A stretch of DNA of 64,000 nt from Candidatus Saccharimonadota bacterium (GCA_030528625.1 JAUMYN010000001.1:451800-515799), one strand, 5' to 3'; shown: positions 38,236-47,363, numbered from the stretch's first letter. Numbers and translations: made by a program. The notes: generated by a model not told the origin, from the sequence alone.

Positions 38236-39981
38236 CTACCAGCCGCCTCCGCCGCCGCCACCTCCGCCGCCGCCAGAGAAGCCGCCGCCCGACGAGCCGC
38301 CCATGGACGAGGATTCGCTACTGACACTGCTTGCCATACTGGAGAGACCACCGATGCCAGCGGCAAATGATGCTGCGCTAAAGCCCGCCTGGCCATCATA
38401 CCAATCTGGCTGCGTCTGCGCTTGCTGATAATACTGTCCCAGCTGCGCCGTCCAGCCCTTTTCCTGGCCGAACAATACCGCATAAGGCAAAGCTCTCTCG
38501 TACAATGTCACCAACTGCCGATTGTCATGCGTATCAACCTTGACCTTCTGCGCCCCCTCAGGACTTTGCAGTATCGCCAGCCGCTCAGTTTCGGCCAGCC
38601 CGATGTACAACTTCAGCCCCGCCAAGTAGCGCCGCAGCTTCAGCCCATCGTCCGTCAATGACCAACTTAACGACAGCAGCAACACCACCAGTGCCGCCAC
38701 CAGCATAAAGGGCGACAGCGACAGTAGCGCCACCAGACACAGCCACAGCGACCAGCGACGCATCGTCCGCCGATGCGTCTGATTGCGCTCGCACAGCCCG
38801 TACTCCTCGCGCGCCAGCTCCTGTAATTTTCTCGCGTCATCGCTCACCCTGCGAGCATAAGCAGTACTGTTTTTCAGCTGCTTAATATCCAGCCGCTCAC
38901 CAACCTGCGGCAGCGCACCGCCGAACATATCTTTGATAATCTCCTGCTCTTCAATCCGTAAATCGCCTAGCTCCTTGATAATTTCAATTTCGTACTGCGC
39001 CGAGCTAAATCGCGAGGCCTGCTTGGTCTCGTACAGCTTGAGGTAGTGCCGCACCGCCAGGTCTATTAGCTGAGCCGCCATCGGCGAACCCTTGCAGCGA
39101 TCATACTGCTGCAATAGATACCCTGACATCGACACACTGGACTGAGATGGCGGAATATACTCTGGCGCAATCGGCTCCAGCTCAGCACTCCGACCAGTCA
39201 GCCGGCGATGACGCCTCAGTAGCCACATCACCGCCCCGAATGCCAGAATTGTCGCTGGCAACTGCACCCACAACCACACCTCCAACAGCTGCTCCATAAG
39301 CGTTTTTTGATACGACATAAACGTCCCTGGCGCGAAACCCAGCGCAACCGTGATCCCCTTTTTGCGTCCCAGATTGTCCAGGGTGGCGCTCACAAGGGCG
39401 CCTCCATCCTGAAGCGAACAGCGCTCCGGCGACCCCTTAGCGCCGTAGTAGCAAAACGCCTCGCCCTGCCGCCGCTGCACCAGAGAGTCGTCTAATTCCA
39501 CGGTCACCCGCGCCTGCGCAATCGGCACCGACCAATCAACGCCGATCACGTCCCAGTAAAACTCATCGCGATCGGTGTTCTGGTAGTAGCGCGTCACATC
39601 GCGCTGGGTATATTTAATAATATACGTTTTCAGCCCAGTAATCTGCACATCTTTCTTGCCGATGCGCAGCTCATTGCCGTTACGCCAATGATACTCCTGG
39701 GGCGTACCGTCCTCATCGGTGACCGACACCAGCTGAAAATTCGTCGAACGACCCTCGTAGTCTTTGACAAAGATTGGTGCGATACCATGGTGCGGCCGAG
39801 AAGCGAAATCAGCCGTAATCCGCCACGTCGCCTCCAAAGTCGAGCGCTGCTCGCCGTCCCGCCCCAGACGATATTCCGCCTCAAACTGAGTGATCGTAAA
39901 ATCATGAGCCGCCCGAGCCGGCGGCGCGCCGCCTAGTAACAACAATCCACTTACTATCAGCCCAAAGAATATGCGTTTCAT
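38236..39981 (-). CDS. DUF2207-family membrane protein with C-terminal poly-glycine tail
   Basis: 581 aa with a signal peptide (MKRIFFGLIVSGLLLLGGAPPARA), an extracytoplasmic domain, TM segments and a G/S-rich tail ending in 11 consecutive Gly then Trp. Confidence 0.65.
   Translation of the reverse strand: MKRIFFGLIVSGLLLLGGAPPARAAHDFTITQFEAEYRLGRDGEQRSTLEATWRITADFASRPHHGIAPIFVKDYEGRSTNFQLVSVTDEDGTPQEYHWRNGNELRIGKKDVQITGLKTYIIKYTQRDVTRYYQNTDRDEFYWDVIGVDWSVPIAQARVTVELDDSLVQRRQGEAFCYYGAKGSPERCSLQDGGALVSATLDNLGRKKGITVALGFAPGTFMSYQKTLMEQLLEVWLWVQLPATILAFGAVMWLLRRHRRLTGRSAELEPIAPEYIPPSQSSVSMSGYLLQQYDRCKGSPMAAQLIDLAVRHYLKLYETKQASRFSSAQYEIEIIKELGDLRIEEQEIIKDMFGGALPQVGERLDIKQLKNSTAYARRVSDDARKLQELAREEYGLCERNQTHRRTMRRWSLWLCLVALLSLSPFMLVAALVVLLLSLSWSLTDDGLKLRRYLAGLKLYIGLAETERLAILQSPEGAQKVKVDTHDNRQLVTLYERALPYAVLFGQEKGWTAQLGQYYQQAQTQPDWYDGQAGFSAASFAAGIGGLSSMASSVSSESSSMGGSSGGGFSGGGGGGGGGGGW
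38242..38274 (-). repeat. GGN/(CCG)n trinucleotide repeat encoding Gly11
   Basis: gccgcctccgccgccgccacctccgccgccgcc read directly at the 3' end of the DUF2207 gene. Confidence 0.8.
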
Positions 39982-40021
39982 AGACTCTATTATATCACCA
40001 GCCCAAAGTACGCATTATACT

Positions 40022-41530
40022 TTACGAGTCCAGCTCCACGCCCGAATAGATAGCCCGCGTCGTCTCGTCAATCTCATGCCGCAGCTGCGGAAATGGCACG
40101 CCTTCACGCGCGCTGACGCCCTCAAAAATCCAGAACACCCGCTCGCTAAAACCATAGCCGCAGGTCGGCGGCATGCCGTATTCCAGCATCTCCACAAAAT
40201 CAATATCCAGCATCATCGCCTCGTCGTCGCCAGCGTCGCGCATCTGTTGTTGCTCGACAAAGCGCTCCAGCTGATCAAGCGGATCATTCAGCTCCGAATA
40301 GCCATTGCCAAGCTCTGACCCGGCGATCACCGGCTGGAACCGCTCCACCACCCGCGGATCCTGCGGATTGGTCTTGGCCAGCGGCGAAATAAACTTTGGC
40401 GTATTCACCAGCCATACCGGCCCCGCCACGTCTTTACGGATATTCTTCCACAATTTATCAATCCCGCGCGGGATAGAGTCGGTCTTTTCGACCTCCAGGC
40501 CGTGCTCCTTCAGCTTGGCCGCCACCTCATCAATCGTCGCAGTGTAGACATCAATTCCATAATGCTTTTTGATCACCTCCGCGTAATCCCACACTTCCCA
40601 CTGGCCACTCATATCCACCTCAAAGCCACGCACCGTGAACTGCAGCGTCCCAAAGGTCTGCTCCAGGACGTACTTGTACATCTCCTCCATGAAGCGCATA
40701 CCTTCTCGCCAGTCCCAGTACGCCGCGTACCACTCCATCGCGATGTGCTCTGGCAGATGCTCGTCAGTATAATTTTCATTACGAAAACGCGGGCCCAGGT
40801 CGTAGACCTTCTCAAAACCAGCACCAATCAAACGCTTCAGCGGCAACTCGTGCGAGATACGCAAATAAAACTGCTGATCATCCAGTGCATCCATATGGGT
40901 CACAAACGGATTGGCATCCGCGCCACCGGTCGTATGCTCCAGCACCGGCACATTCACCTCTGAAAAGCCATGGTTATTGAGGAAATCACGCGTCGCCTGC
41001 CAAAACTTGCTGCGGCGGATAAACCGCTGGCGCACCTCGGGATTAACATTCATGTCCACATAGCGGCGGCGAAAGCGTTCTTCTTTGTTCTCCAGTTTTT
41101 CCGGCATTGGGCGCAGTGCTTTGGTCAGTAGGCGCAGTTGACGCACGCCAACTGATTTTTCACCGGTCTGCGTCGTGGTCATCACACCGCGCGCCTCGAC
41201 AAAATCACCAGTATCGAGTAATTTCAGCTGCTTCATGCCTAGCACGCCGCGGCTCGGCTCCAGCTCCGCCACATCATCGCGCTGCAAATACAATTGCACC
41301 TCGCCCGACTGATCGCGCAGCTTCAAAAACGCCAGCTTGCCGAAACTCCGCACCGATACCACGCGGCCAGCCACCACGACCTCTTGGCCTGCCAGCTCAT
41401 CAAACCGCTCCAACACCTCGCTACAGGTATGCGTCCGCTCAGCCCGCGCTGGAAACGGATCAATACCTAGCTCTTTAAGCGCGGTCAGTTTTCGTAATCG
41501 TTCATTTCGGTAGTCGTGTAGTGTGGCCAT
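40022..41530 (-). CDS. lysS: lysine--tRNA ligase (class II)
   Basis: 502 aa. The N-terminal MATLHDYRNERLRKLTALKELGIDPFP and anticodon-binding OB fold, plus class II motifs, fit LysRS. Confidence 0.9.
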   Translation of the reverse strand: MATLHDYRNERLRKLTALKELGIDPFPARAERTHTCSEVLERFDELAGQEVVVAGRVVSVRSFGKLAFLKLRDQSGEVQLYLQRDDVAELEPSRGVLGMKQLKLLDTGDFVEARGVMTTTQTGEKSVGVRQLRLLTKALRPMPEKLENKEERFRRRYVDMNVNPEVRQRFIRRSKFWQATRDFLNNHGFSEVNVPVLEHTTGGADANPFVTHMDALDDQQFYLRISHELPLKRLIGAGFEKVYDLGPRFRNENYTDEHLPEHIAMEWYAAYWDWREGMRFMEEMYKYVLEQTFGTLQFTVRGFEVDMSGQWEVWDYAEVIKKHYGIDVYTATIDEVAAKLKEHGLEVEKTDSIPRGIDKLWKNIRKDVAGPVWLVNTPKFISPLAKTNPQDPRVVERFQPVIAGSELGNGYSELNDPLDQLERFVEQQQMRDAGDDEAMMLDIDFVEMLEYGMPPTCGYGFSERVFWIFEGVSAREGVPFPQLRHEIDETTRAIYSGVELDS

Positions 41531-41539
41531 ATGCGGTCA

Positions 41540-41568
41540 ATTATAACAAAGGCCACCTCGTCACTCAA
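41540..41568 (-). promoter_or_regulatory. lysS promoter TTGAGT-17-TATAAT placed 9 nt from the ATG (leaderless arrangement)
   Basis: On the minus strand: ggTTGAGTgacgaggtggcctttgtTATAATtgaccgcatATG. Confidence 0.55.
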
Positions 41569-41811
41569 CCGTATCACCCTCTGGCGCCTGTTCCAGCGTA
41601 TAAGATATGTCCCCATGAATACCATCAGTCTCGGCTGTTACTATCTGATATGTCCCAGAGACTGGTGTTTCAGTCCCAGCACGGAGTTCTGTTAGTACTA
41701 GTGCCGTTTTACCAACGGTACCCACAACCTGCGCACATGGCCGCCAACCTTCCTTCGTCTCAGTCAACACCTTGGGAAATAACGGCTGCTGGTGACGCTT
41801 ATTAGCCCTCT

Positions 41812-41840
41812 CCCGAAAAGTCGGCAGCGTTGATCCTGCC
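41812..41840 (-). terminator. candidate intrinsic terminator downstream of greA
   Basis: Minus-strand RNA GGCAGgatcaacgCTGCCgaCUUUUC: a 5-bp stem followed by a short U-tract. A weak terminator. Confidence 0.35.
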
Positions 41841-41866
41841 TTTTATCTCTGGAGGTAGCTCGTTCA

Positions 41867-42322
41867 TTATGATATAGCACTCACCACGTAAGTCGTTGTT
41901 ACTTTCGGCGTCGAAATCACCACCTCATCACCGACGGCCTTGCCAAGCAGCGCTTGACCGATTGGCGATTCATTCGAAATCTTGCCCTCTAGCGGATTTG
42001 CCTCCACTGGCCCTACTACCGTATAGACCACGGTTTTGGCGTCGCTTCGCAGCTCCACCGTGCTACCCAGCTCAACCACCGAGGTGCCCGAACTTTGGAT
42101 AATCGACGCATACTGCAAGATTTCCTCAATTTCGGCAATCCGCGTTTCAAGCAGCCCTTGTTCCTCGCGCGCTGCATCATATTCGGCGTTTTCGCTTAGA
42201 TCGCCAAAGCCGCGCGCCTCAGCGATCTTGTCGGCAATCTCGCCCCGCTGGCTCTTGAGGCGAAGCAACTCCGCTTCGAGCTCTTCTTTGCCTGACTGTG
42301 TAATCTGATATGTCTTATTCAT
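41867..42322 (-). CDS. greA: transcription elongation factor GreA
   Basis: 151 aa with an N-terminal coiled coil (acidic tip ...DLSENAEYDAAREEQ) and a C-terminal FKBP-like domain. Confidence 0.9.
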   Translation of the reverse strand: MNKTYQITQSGKEELEAELLRLKSQRGEIADKIAEARGFGDLSENAEYDAAREEQGLLETRIAEIEEILQYASIIQSSGTSVVELGSTVELRSDAKTVVYTVVGPVEANPLEGKISNESPIGQALLGKAVGDEVVISTPKVTTTYVVSAIS

Positions 42323-42400
42323 TCTCTACTCCTTACATCTAGCGTTACCAACGAAAAACACACGCTACATATAGTGTTTTTTACAATAATTCCCGCTAAG

Positions 42401-43639
42401 CTACCCGAGTATAGCAAGCGCCTCCTCGGCTGTCAATAGCCGAGTCTCGCCGTCGCGCCGCCCAGTTAGCTCCACCTGCCCCGTTGCCTGCAAGCGATCC
42501 GACACCGTGAGGCGATACGGCATCCCCATCAGTTCGGCGTCAGCAAACTTCACGCCCGGCCGCACTTCGCGATCATCATACAGCACCGCCACGCCTCGCT
42601 CAATCAGCTGCCGATACAGCGTCTCGGCCTGCGTCCGCCCAGCATCGCCAATCGCCACCAACTGCACTGCAAACGGCGCGATGGCTTCGGGCCACACCAG
42701 GCCCCTATCATCAGCGAACTTCTCAACGATCACCCCCATGACGCGGGTGATCCCGATGCCGTACGACCCCAGATAAATCGACGCCTGCTTACCGTCTGGC
42801 CCGGTCAGATACAGCCCCATATCGTCAGTTTTTTGCGCGCCAAAATTAAAGATATTGCCCACCTCGGCGGTCTTGACTTTTTCCAGCTCTTCGCGGGCCA
42901 CGCCCAGTTCCTGTACCGCCTCATCAATCACTTCTTCGTTAATTGCTAGCTGCTTCTCGCGATGCAGATAAATCACATCCTCGCCAGCATCACAAATTGT
43001 CTGGAACTCGTGGCTGAACGCCGTAAACGAACCGCCGCTCGCAAAGGTCATATAAGTGTCCTCGCCGATCCCCAGCCGATCATAGGTGCGCCGATAGGCC
43101 GCAATCACCTGCTCATAGTACTGCGCCAAATCATCCGCTGATGCATGGAACGAATACATATCTTTCATAATAAATTCCCGCCCGCGCATGATGCCAGACT
43201 TGGCCCGCAGCTCGTTACGCAACTTGGTCTGGAACTGATACAGGCTGATCGGCGCGTCTTTGTAGCTTTTGAGGAAATGCCGCATCATATCAATAATCGG
43301 CTCTTCGTGCGTCCAACCAAACCCAATAGGTGTACCGTCCTGCAACGCCGATTTGAACCACACATCAACCGCCGCATCATCCCAGCGGCCGCTGGATTCC
43401 CATAGTTCCTTGCGCTGCAAGGTGGTCATCACCAGCTCGGTGCTGCCAATAGCATTCATCTCTTCGCGAACGATGGCCTTGATATTCTCCAGCACCGCAA
43501 GTCCCAGCGGCAAATAGGCATAGGCTCCAGCCATTTCCTTGTATACATAGCCGGCCCGTATCAAGAGCTGAGCATTCTTAGCCACCTCGTCACCAGGTAC
43601 TTCTTTGAGCGTTTTTGTCCATAGTTGACTCATGCGCAT
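42401..43639 (-). CDS. proS: proline--tRNA ligase, compact form without editing insertion
   Basis: 412 aa with class II motifs and a C-terminal anticodon-binding domain. The N-terminus MRMSQLWTKTLKEVPGDEVAKNAQLLIRAGY fits ProRS. No INS domain is present. Confidence 0.85.
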   Translation of the reverse strand: MRMSQLWTKTLKEVPGDEVAKNAQLLIRAGYVYKEMAGAYAYLPLGLAVLENIKAIVREEMNAIGSTELVMTTLQRKELWESSGRWDDAAVDVWFKSALQDGTPIGFGWTHEEPIIDMMRHFLKSYKDAPISLYQFQTKLRNELRAKSGIMRGREFIMKDMYSFHASADDLAQYYEQVIAAYRRTYDRLGIGEDTYMTFASGGSFTAFSHEFQTICDAGEDVIYLHREKQLAINEEVIDEAVQELGVAREELEKVKTAEVGNIFNFGAQKTDDMGLYLTGPDGKQASIYLGSYGIGITRVMGVIVEKFADDRGLVWPEAIAPFAVQLVAIGDAGRTQAETLYRQLIERGVAVLYDDREVRPGVKFADAELMGMPYRLTVSDRLQATGQVELTGRRDGETRLLTAEEALAILG

Positions 43640-43676
43640 CGCTATTTCCTCCTCTTCCTTACCAGCTCACGCGTCC

Positions 43677-44465
43677 TTACTGTATCATTATAGGATATAC
43701 AAAAAGCAGACAAAACGCTAGGCCGTTCTTGAGCATATGCATGCCAACACTCGTCCAAATAGCGCCAGTTTTTTCTCGAGCCAAACACAAAAATACGCTC
43801 AGCATCGCCGTATCGATCGCCACCAGCCACTGCAAATTAGCCAGTGATCCGCCCACCCACAGATGAGCCAGCCCAAAAGTTAGGCTTGTGGCTATGATAG
43901 TCGGCAGTAGTCGAAACCGCGCTCGCAGCTTGCCGTATAGATATCCTCGAAACAGCACTTCCTCGCCTAACGGCGCCAACACCACCATAGTCAGAAAGGC
44001 CAGAATATATTGCCAGGTGCCAGTCAGCATCTCCTGCGAAAACGGCAACTGCTGCGGCTGTTGTATATCAATCGGCAGCAATGCATGGACAATCGATACC
44101 GTCAGAACAGTCGCTCCAAAATACAGCACCGTTCCTACCGGTGTCAACAGTACATCCAGCCAAGTTGGCCGATCGCTGATACCCAGCTCCTGACGAGTGG
44201 TTGTCTGCCCCCACAGCCGCCGCGGCAGCCAGATGACCAGCGCGATGGTCACGCCATAGGTTGCGAGCGCAAAAAGTGCACCGAACAGCACTGGATGCGC
44301 CGCCAGCAGCGACTGCTCGCCCAGTAATAATACGCTTGCTAGCAGCCCCACCGCCACGCCGAGCGCCAACTGCACCGCAAGCAAGGTGCCGTACACCCAC
44401 GCCGGCAACGCTACCAATAGCCATGCCGAACGCGCTTTTTTAGGAGAAGAATTTACTGATGTCAT
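43677..44465 (-). CDS. CPBP-family (CAAX/Abi) intramembrane metalloprotease
   Basis: APLGEEVLFRGYLY ... FGLAHL ... HMLKN motifs with about 7 TM helices. The start overlaps the rseP 3' end, so the true start may be downstream. Confidence 0.7.
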   Translation of the reverse strand: MTSVNSSPKKARSAWLLVALPAWVYGTLLAVQLALGVAVGLLASVLLLGEQSLLAAHPVLFGALFALATYGVTIALVIWLPRRLWGQTTTRQELGISDRPTWLDVLLTPVGTVLYFGATVLTVSIVHALLPIDIQQPQQLPFSQEMLTGTWQYILAFLTMVVLAPLGEEVLFRGYLYGKLRARFRLLPTIIATSLTFGLAHLWVGGSLANLQWLVAIDTAMLSVFLCLAREKTGAIWTSVGMHMLKNGLAFCLLFVYPIMIQ

Positions 44466-45603
44466 TCCACGTTACCACCACTGTTAAGAGAAGTATTAGT
44501 AAAAAGCCAGTCGCCTGAATGGTCTCTTCGCGCTCTTTGGTGAGCGGCCGCTTGCTCAGGCGAAACAGCGTCATCACCAACCAGCGCCCCCCATCCAGCG
44601 CCGGGATCGGCAGCAAGTTCATCACTGCCAAGGTCAGCGAAATAATTGCCGCCAGCAGCAGCACCGACCATGGGCCCGAACTGACGACCATCGGGAATAA
44701 AGTCCCCAAGATACCAACTGGGCCAGCCACGCTACTACCAGCTGCCGCCAAATCACGCGCTGCTGTCTGGCGATCCGCTTCCGAAGTAGCGAACTGCCCG
44801 ATGAGCCCGCCAACCGCCTTGGCGATAATATCGCCAATACCCTTGACCGTCTCGATAGTCAGCTGCGCAGTGGTTACTAGGCCAACCAAAGGCGCCGACC
44901 AGGTGCTGCGGATTTTCTCCGACTGGCCACTGGTTACCCCTAGGTAGCCGCCGTTTGTCGCACCGTCTTGCGGCCGCAACGCCACTTGAGTCGTCAGCTG
45001 TCGGCCATCGCGCACCAGCGACACCGCCACCGTTTGCCCAGCCTGCGCCGCAGTTGCCGCCGACAGGTCCGTCGTCGTGGCGACAGTATGTTCGCCGACC
45101 CGTATGATCTGATCGCCCCGCTGCAAAGCCGCCTGCGCTGCTGGCGAGTCCTGCACCACGTCAACCACTGTTACCGGTGAGCGCTCCACCGTAGCATCAA
45201 AGGGCAACACCGCCTGCTGCGGCACCAGTTTCGGCAACCCAACCACCGCGAGAACGCTAAAGAGCAGCGCCGCCACTAGCCAGTTCATCGCCACGCCAGC
45301 CAACAAAATACGCGTCTTAGCCCAGTAGCTCGCCGCACCATACGTCCTTGGGCCAGTCGCCGCATCATGTTCGCCCTTGAGCCGCACAAACCCCCCTAGC
45401 GGCAGCCAGTTGAGACTAAACTGCACCTTTTCGCCCAAAAAGCTTTGCTGCGGCCGCCACGCCTTGGCCCGCGGCGGAAAACCGATACCAAACTCCTCGA
45501 CATCAACGCCATTGCGCCGCGCCACGATAGCGTGACCAAGCTCATGCAGCGCCACTAGCACCACAAGTACCACCAATCCAACAATAATTCCCAGTACTAC
45601 CAT
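44440..45603 (-). CDS. rseP: RIP metalloprotease RseP (site-2 protease, M50)
   Basis: HELGHAIVARRNG HExxH motif in TM1, a PDZ segment and a C-terminal TM region. 387 aa. Directly abuts uppS (stop/start adjacent). Confidence 0.85.
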   Translation of the reverse strand: MVVLGIIVGLVVLVVLVALHELGHAIVARRNGVDVEEFGIGFPPRAKAWRPQQSFLGEKVQFSLNWLPLGGFVRLKGEHDAATGPRTYGAASYWAKTRILLAGVAMNWLVAALLFSVLAVVGLPKLVPQQAVLPFDATVERSPVTVVDVVQDSPAAQAALQRGDQIIRVGEHTVATTTDLSAATAAQAGQTVAVSLVRDGRQLTTQVALRPQDGATNGGYLGVTSGQSEKIRSTWSAPLVGLVTTAQLTIETVKGIGDIIAKAVGGLIGQFATSEADRQTAARDLAAAGSSVAGPVGILGTLFPMVVSSGPWSVLLLAAIISLTLAVMNLLPIPALDGGRWLVMTLFRLSKRPLTKEREETIQATGFLLILLLTVVVTWNDISKFFS

Positions 45604-46299
45604 TTACTCTCCAAACCTCCGGTGGCGCCGCGCATACTCATCGATGATCATCGTCACATCATCAACGATCATATCTGGCCACTTTTTATCCAGAAACAAC
45701 AATTCACTGTACGCCGCTCGCCACAACATAAAGTTACTCAGACGCTGTTCGCCGCTGGTGCGAACGATCAAATCACACGGCGGCACATCTGGTGCATAAA
45801 GTTGCTCGGCAATCAGCTCTGGCGTTACCGCATCAGCTGCCACACCAGACTGAACAATTTTTTTAACCGCATCGGCGATCTCCAAGTGACCGCCGTAATT
45901 GAGGCAAAGCAACAAATCGCCGCCAGTTAGACCCTTGGTCTTTTCCTCTGCTCGCTCAATAGCCCCGATAACAGCATCAGACAACCCGTCGCGCGACCCA
46001 ATCACTCGCAGCCGCACATTATGCTCCAGAAAAATCGGCACATCCGACTCGAGCACTTTTAGCAACAGGCCCATCAAATGCCCCACCTCCTCCTGCGACC
46101 GCTTCCAGTTTTCGGTACTGAACACATAGGCGCTGGCGTATTTAACACCGCGCCGCAGAGTCTCAAGCAGCACATCTTTCAGGCTATTATAACCCGCCAG
46201 ATGACCCTCGTATACCGGCAGTCCGTGTTCCTTCGCCCAGCGGCGATTACCGTCAACAATAAATCCAATATGTTGTGGGATATCTTTTGACTCGCTCAT
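45604..46299 (-). CDS. uppS: isoprenyl transferase (undecaprenyl-diphosphate synthase)
   Basis: HIGFIVDGNRRWAKE ... RTSGEQRLSNFMLWRAAYSELLF are cis-prenyltransferase motifs. 231 aa. Confidence 0.9.
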   Translation of the reverse strand: MSESKDIPQHIGFIVDGNRRWAKEHGLPVYEGHLAGYNSLKDVLLETLRRGVKYASAYVFSTENWKRSQEEVGHLMGLLLKVLESDVPIFLEHNVRLRVIGSRDGLSDAVIGAIERAEEKTKGLTGGDLLLCLNYGGHLEIADAVKKIVQSGVAADAVTPELIAEQLYAPDVPPCDLIVRTSGEQRLSNFMLWRAAYSELLFLDKKWPDMIVDDVTMIIDEYARRHRRFGE

Positions 46300-46733
46300 C
46301 CTTTTGCTTCTGACTCCTTTCGATATGCATCAATCAGCGCGACGTCCCGCAGATCTTTTTCGCGGCCGCGCCACAGTTTCCAACGCCGAACCCTCTCTAA
46401 CGACACAAATGCCACCCCGTCAATCACCACTGCATCACGCAATAGCTCCTCGACAGACCAATCGCCGCTTGGCGCAGGATTCCAGTCCCGCCACACTTCA
46501 ATCACTCCATCGCTGCTCATCAGGCGCAGGCCATGCCCAGTATCTTCCTCCGTCCACTCACGCGACTCTGCCGCCAGCATTTCGTAAGTTGCGCCGTCCG
46601 CCGCCAGATCAATATCACTGGTCTGGCGAATGCCTAGCGCCGCCAAAATCCCGCTCCCGATGACGACAAAACTCCCCTGAGGCAACCCCAGCGCTTTGAT
46701 GCGCCCTATCACTGCATCGCCCGATAAGTTCAT
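46296..46733 (-). CDS. minimal nucleotidyltransferase-fold protein
   Basis: 145 aa. VVIGSGILAALGIRQTSDIDLAADG matches the hG[GS]x9-13DhDh Pol-beta NTase motif. No HEPN partner is adjacent. Confidence 0.5.
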   Translation of the reverse strand: MNLSGDAVIGRIKALGLPQGSFVVIGSGILAALGIRQTSDIDLAADGATYEMLAAESREWTEEDTGHGLRLMSSDGVIEVWRDWNPAPSGDWSVEELLRDAVVIDGVAFVSLERVRRWKLWRGREKDLRDVALIDAYRKESEAKG

Positions 46734-47287
46734 CAGACTGTCAGCACGTCCTTTTCTTTAGCCTTAAATGCCTCGTCAATTTGCGCCTGGATCTTGCTCA
46801 TCAGATTGTCAATCTCCTTCTCTACCCGCTTCAGGTCGTCTTCGCTCAGCTCCTTGGCGTCCTTCATGCGCTTGGCGTCCTTCAGTGCATCCTGGCGAAT
46901 GGTACGCATGGCGATACGCGCGTCTTCCACCTTTTCGCTCACCTGCTTGACCAGCTGATGGCGCCGCTCTTCGGTGAGTGCCGGCACTGGCACCCGTACC
47001 ACCCGACCATCATCTGACGGATTAAAACCCAGCGCCTGATTGTCGCGAATCGCAGCGGTGATAGCCGTAATATTGCTTGGGTCAAATGGTGTCACCAGCA
47101 GCATTTGCGCCTCTGGCGCTGTCACATTCGCCACCTGGTTGAGTGGCATCTTGGCGCCGTAAGCCTCGACCATCACGCCCTCCAACATACCAGCGTGGGC
47201 CCGACCAGTCCGCACCTTTTTCAGCTCATCCTCAAAATGCCCGAACGCCTGCGCCATTTTATCTTCATAGGGTTTTGTATCAAACAT
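46733..47287 (-). CDS. frr: ribosome recycling factor
   Basis: 184-aa helical protein with the RRF signature ...VRVPVPALTEERRHQLVKQV... Confidence 0.9.
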   Translation of the reverse strand: MFDTKPYEDKMAQAFGHFEDELKKVRTGRAHAGMLEGVMVEAYGAKMPLNQVANVTAPEAQMLLVTPFDPSNITAITAAIRDNQALGFNPSDDGRVVRVPVPALTEERRHQLVKQVSEKVEDARIAMRTIRQDALKDAKRMKDAKELSEDDLKRVEKEIDNLMSKIQAQIDEAFKAKEKDVLTV

Positions 47288-47363
47288 AGTTCCTCCAATT
47301 AGTTCTGTCCCATTATAGCAAGCCTCTCCCTATCGCGCCAGCCAACATGCTACAATATGAGCA

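Noticed and set aside
38117-38428. Plus-strand ORF encoding a poly-proline run (PPPPPPPPPPP)
   Set aside because: It is the antisense reading of the (GGN)11 Gly tail of the DUF2207 gene.
41700-41740. T-box riboswitch upstream of lysS
   Set aside because: A GUGGGUACCG element weakly resembles the T-box core. There is no downstream terminator with a U-tract and no recognisable specifier-loop or Stem I features. The lysS promoter lies downstream of it, so it cannot be part of a lysS leader. Only a covariance-model scan could revive the idea.
41561-41770. 69-aa GTG-initiated ORF in the greA-lysS spacer
   Set aside because: It has no Shine-Dalgarno sequence. Its third-position composition is AT-rich, unlike genuine genes here. 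Its stop overlaps the predicted lysS promoter. It is kept only as a possibility under the spacer finding.
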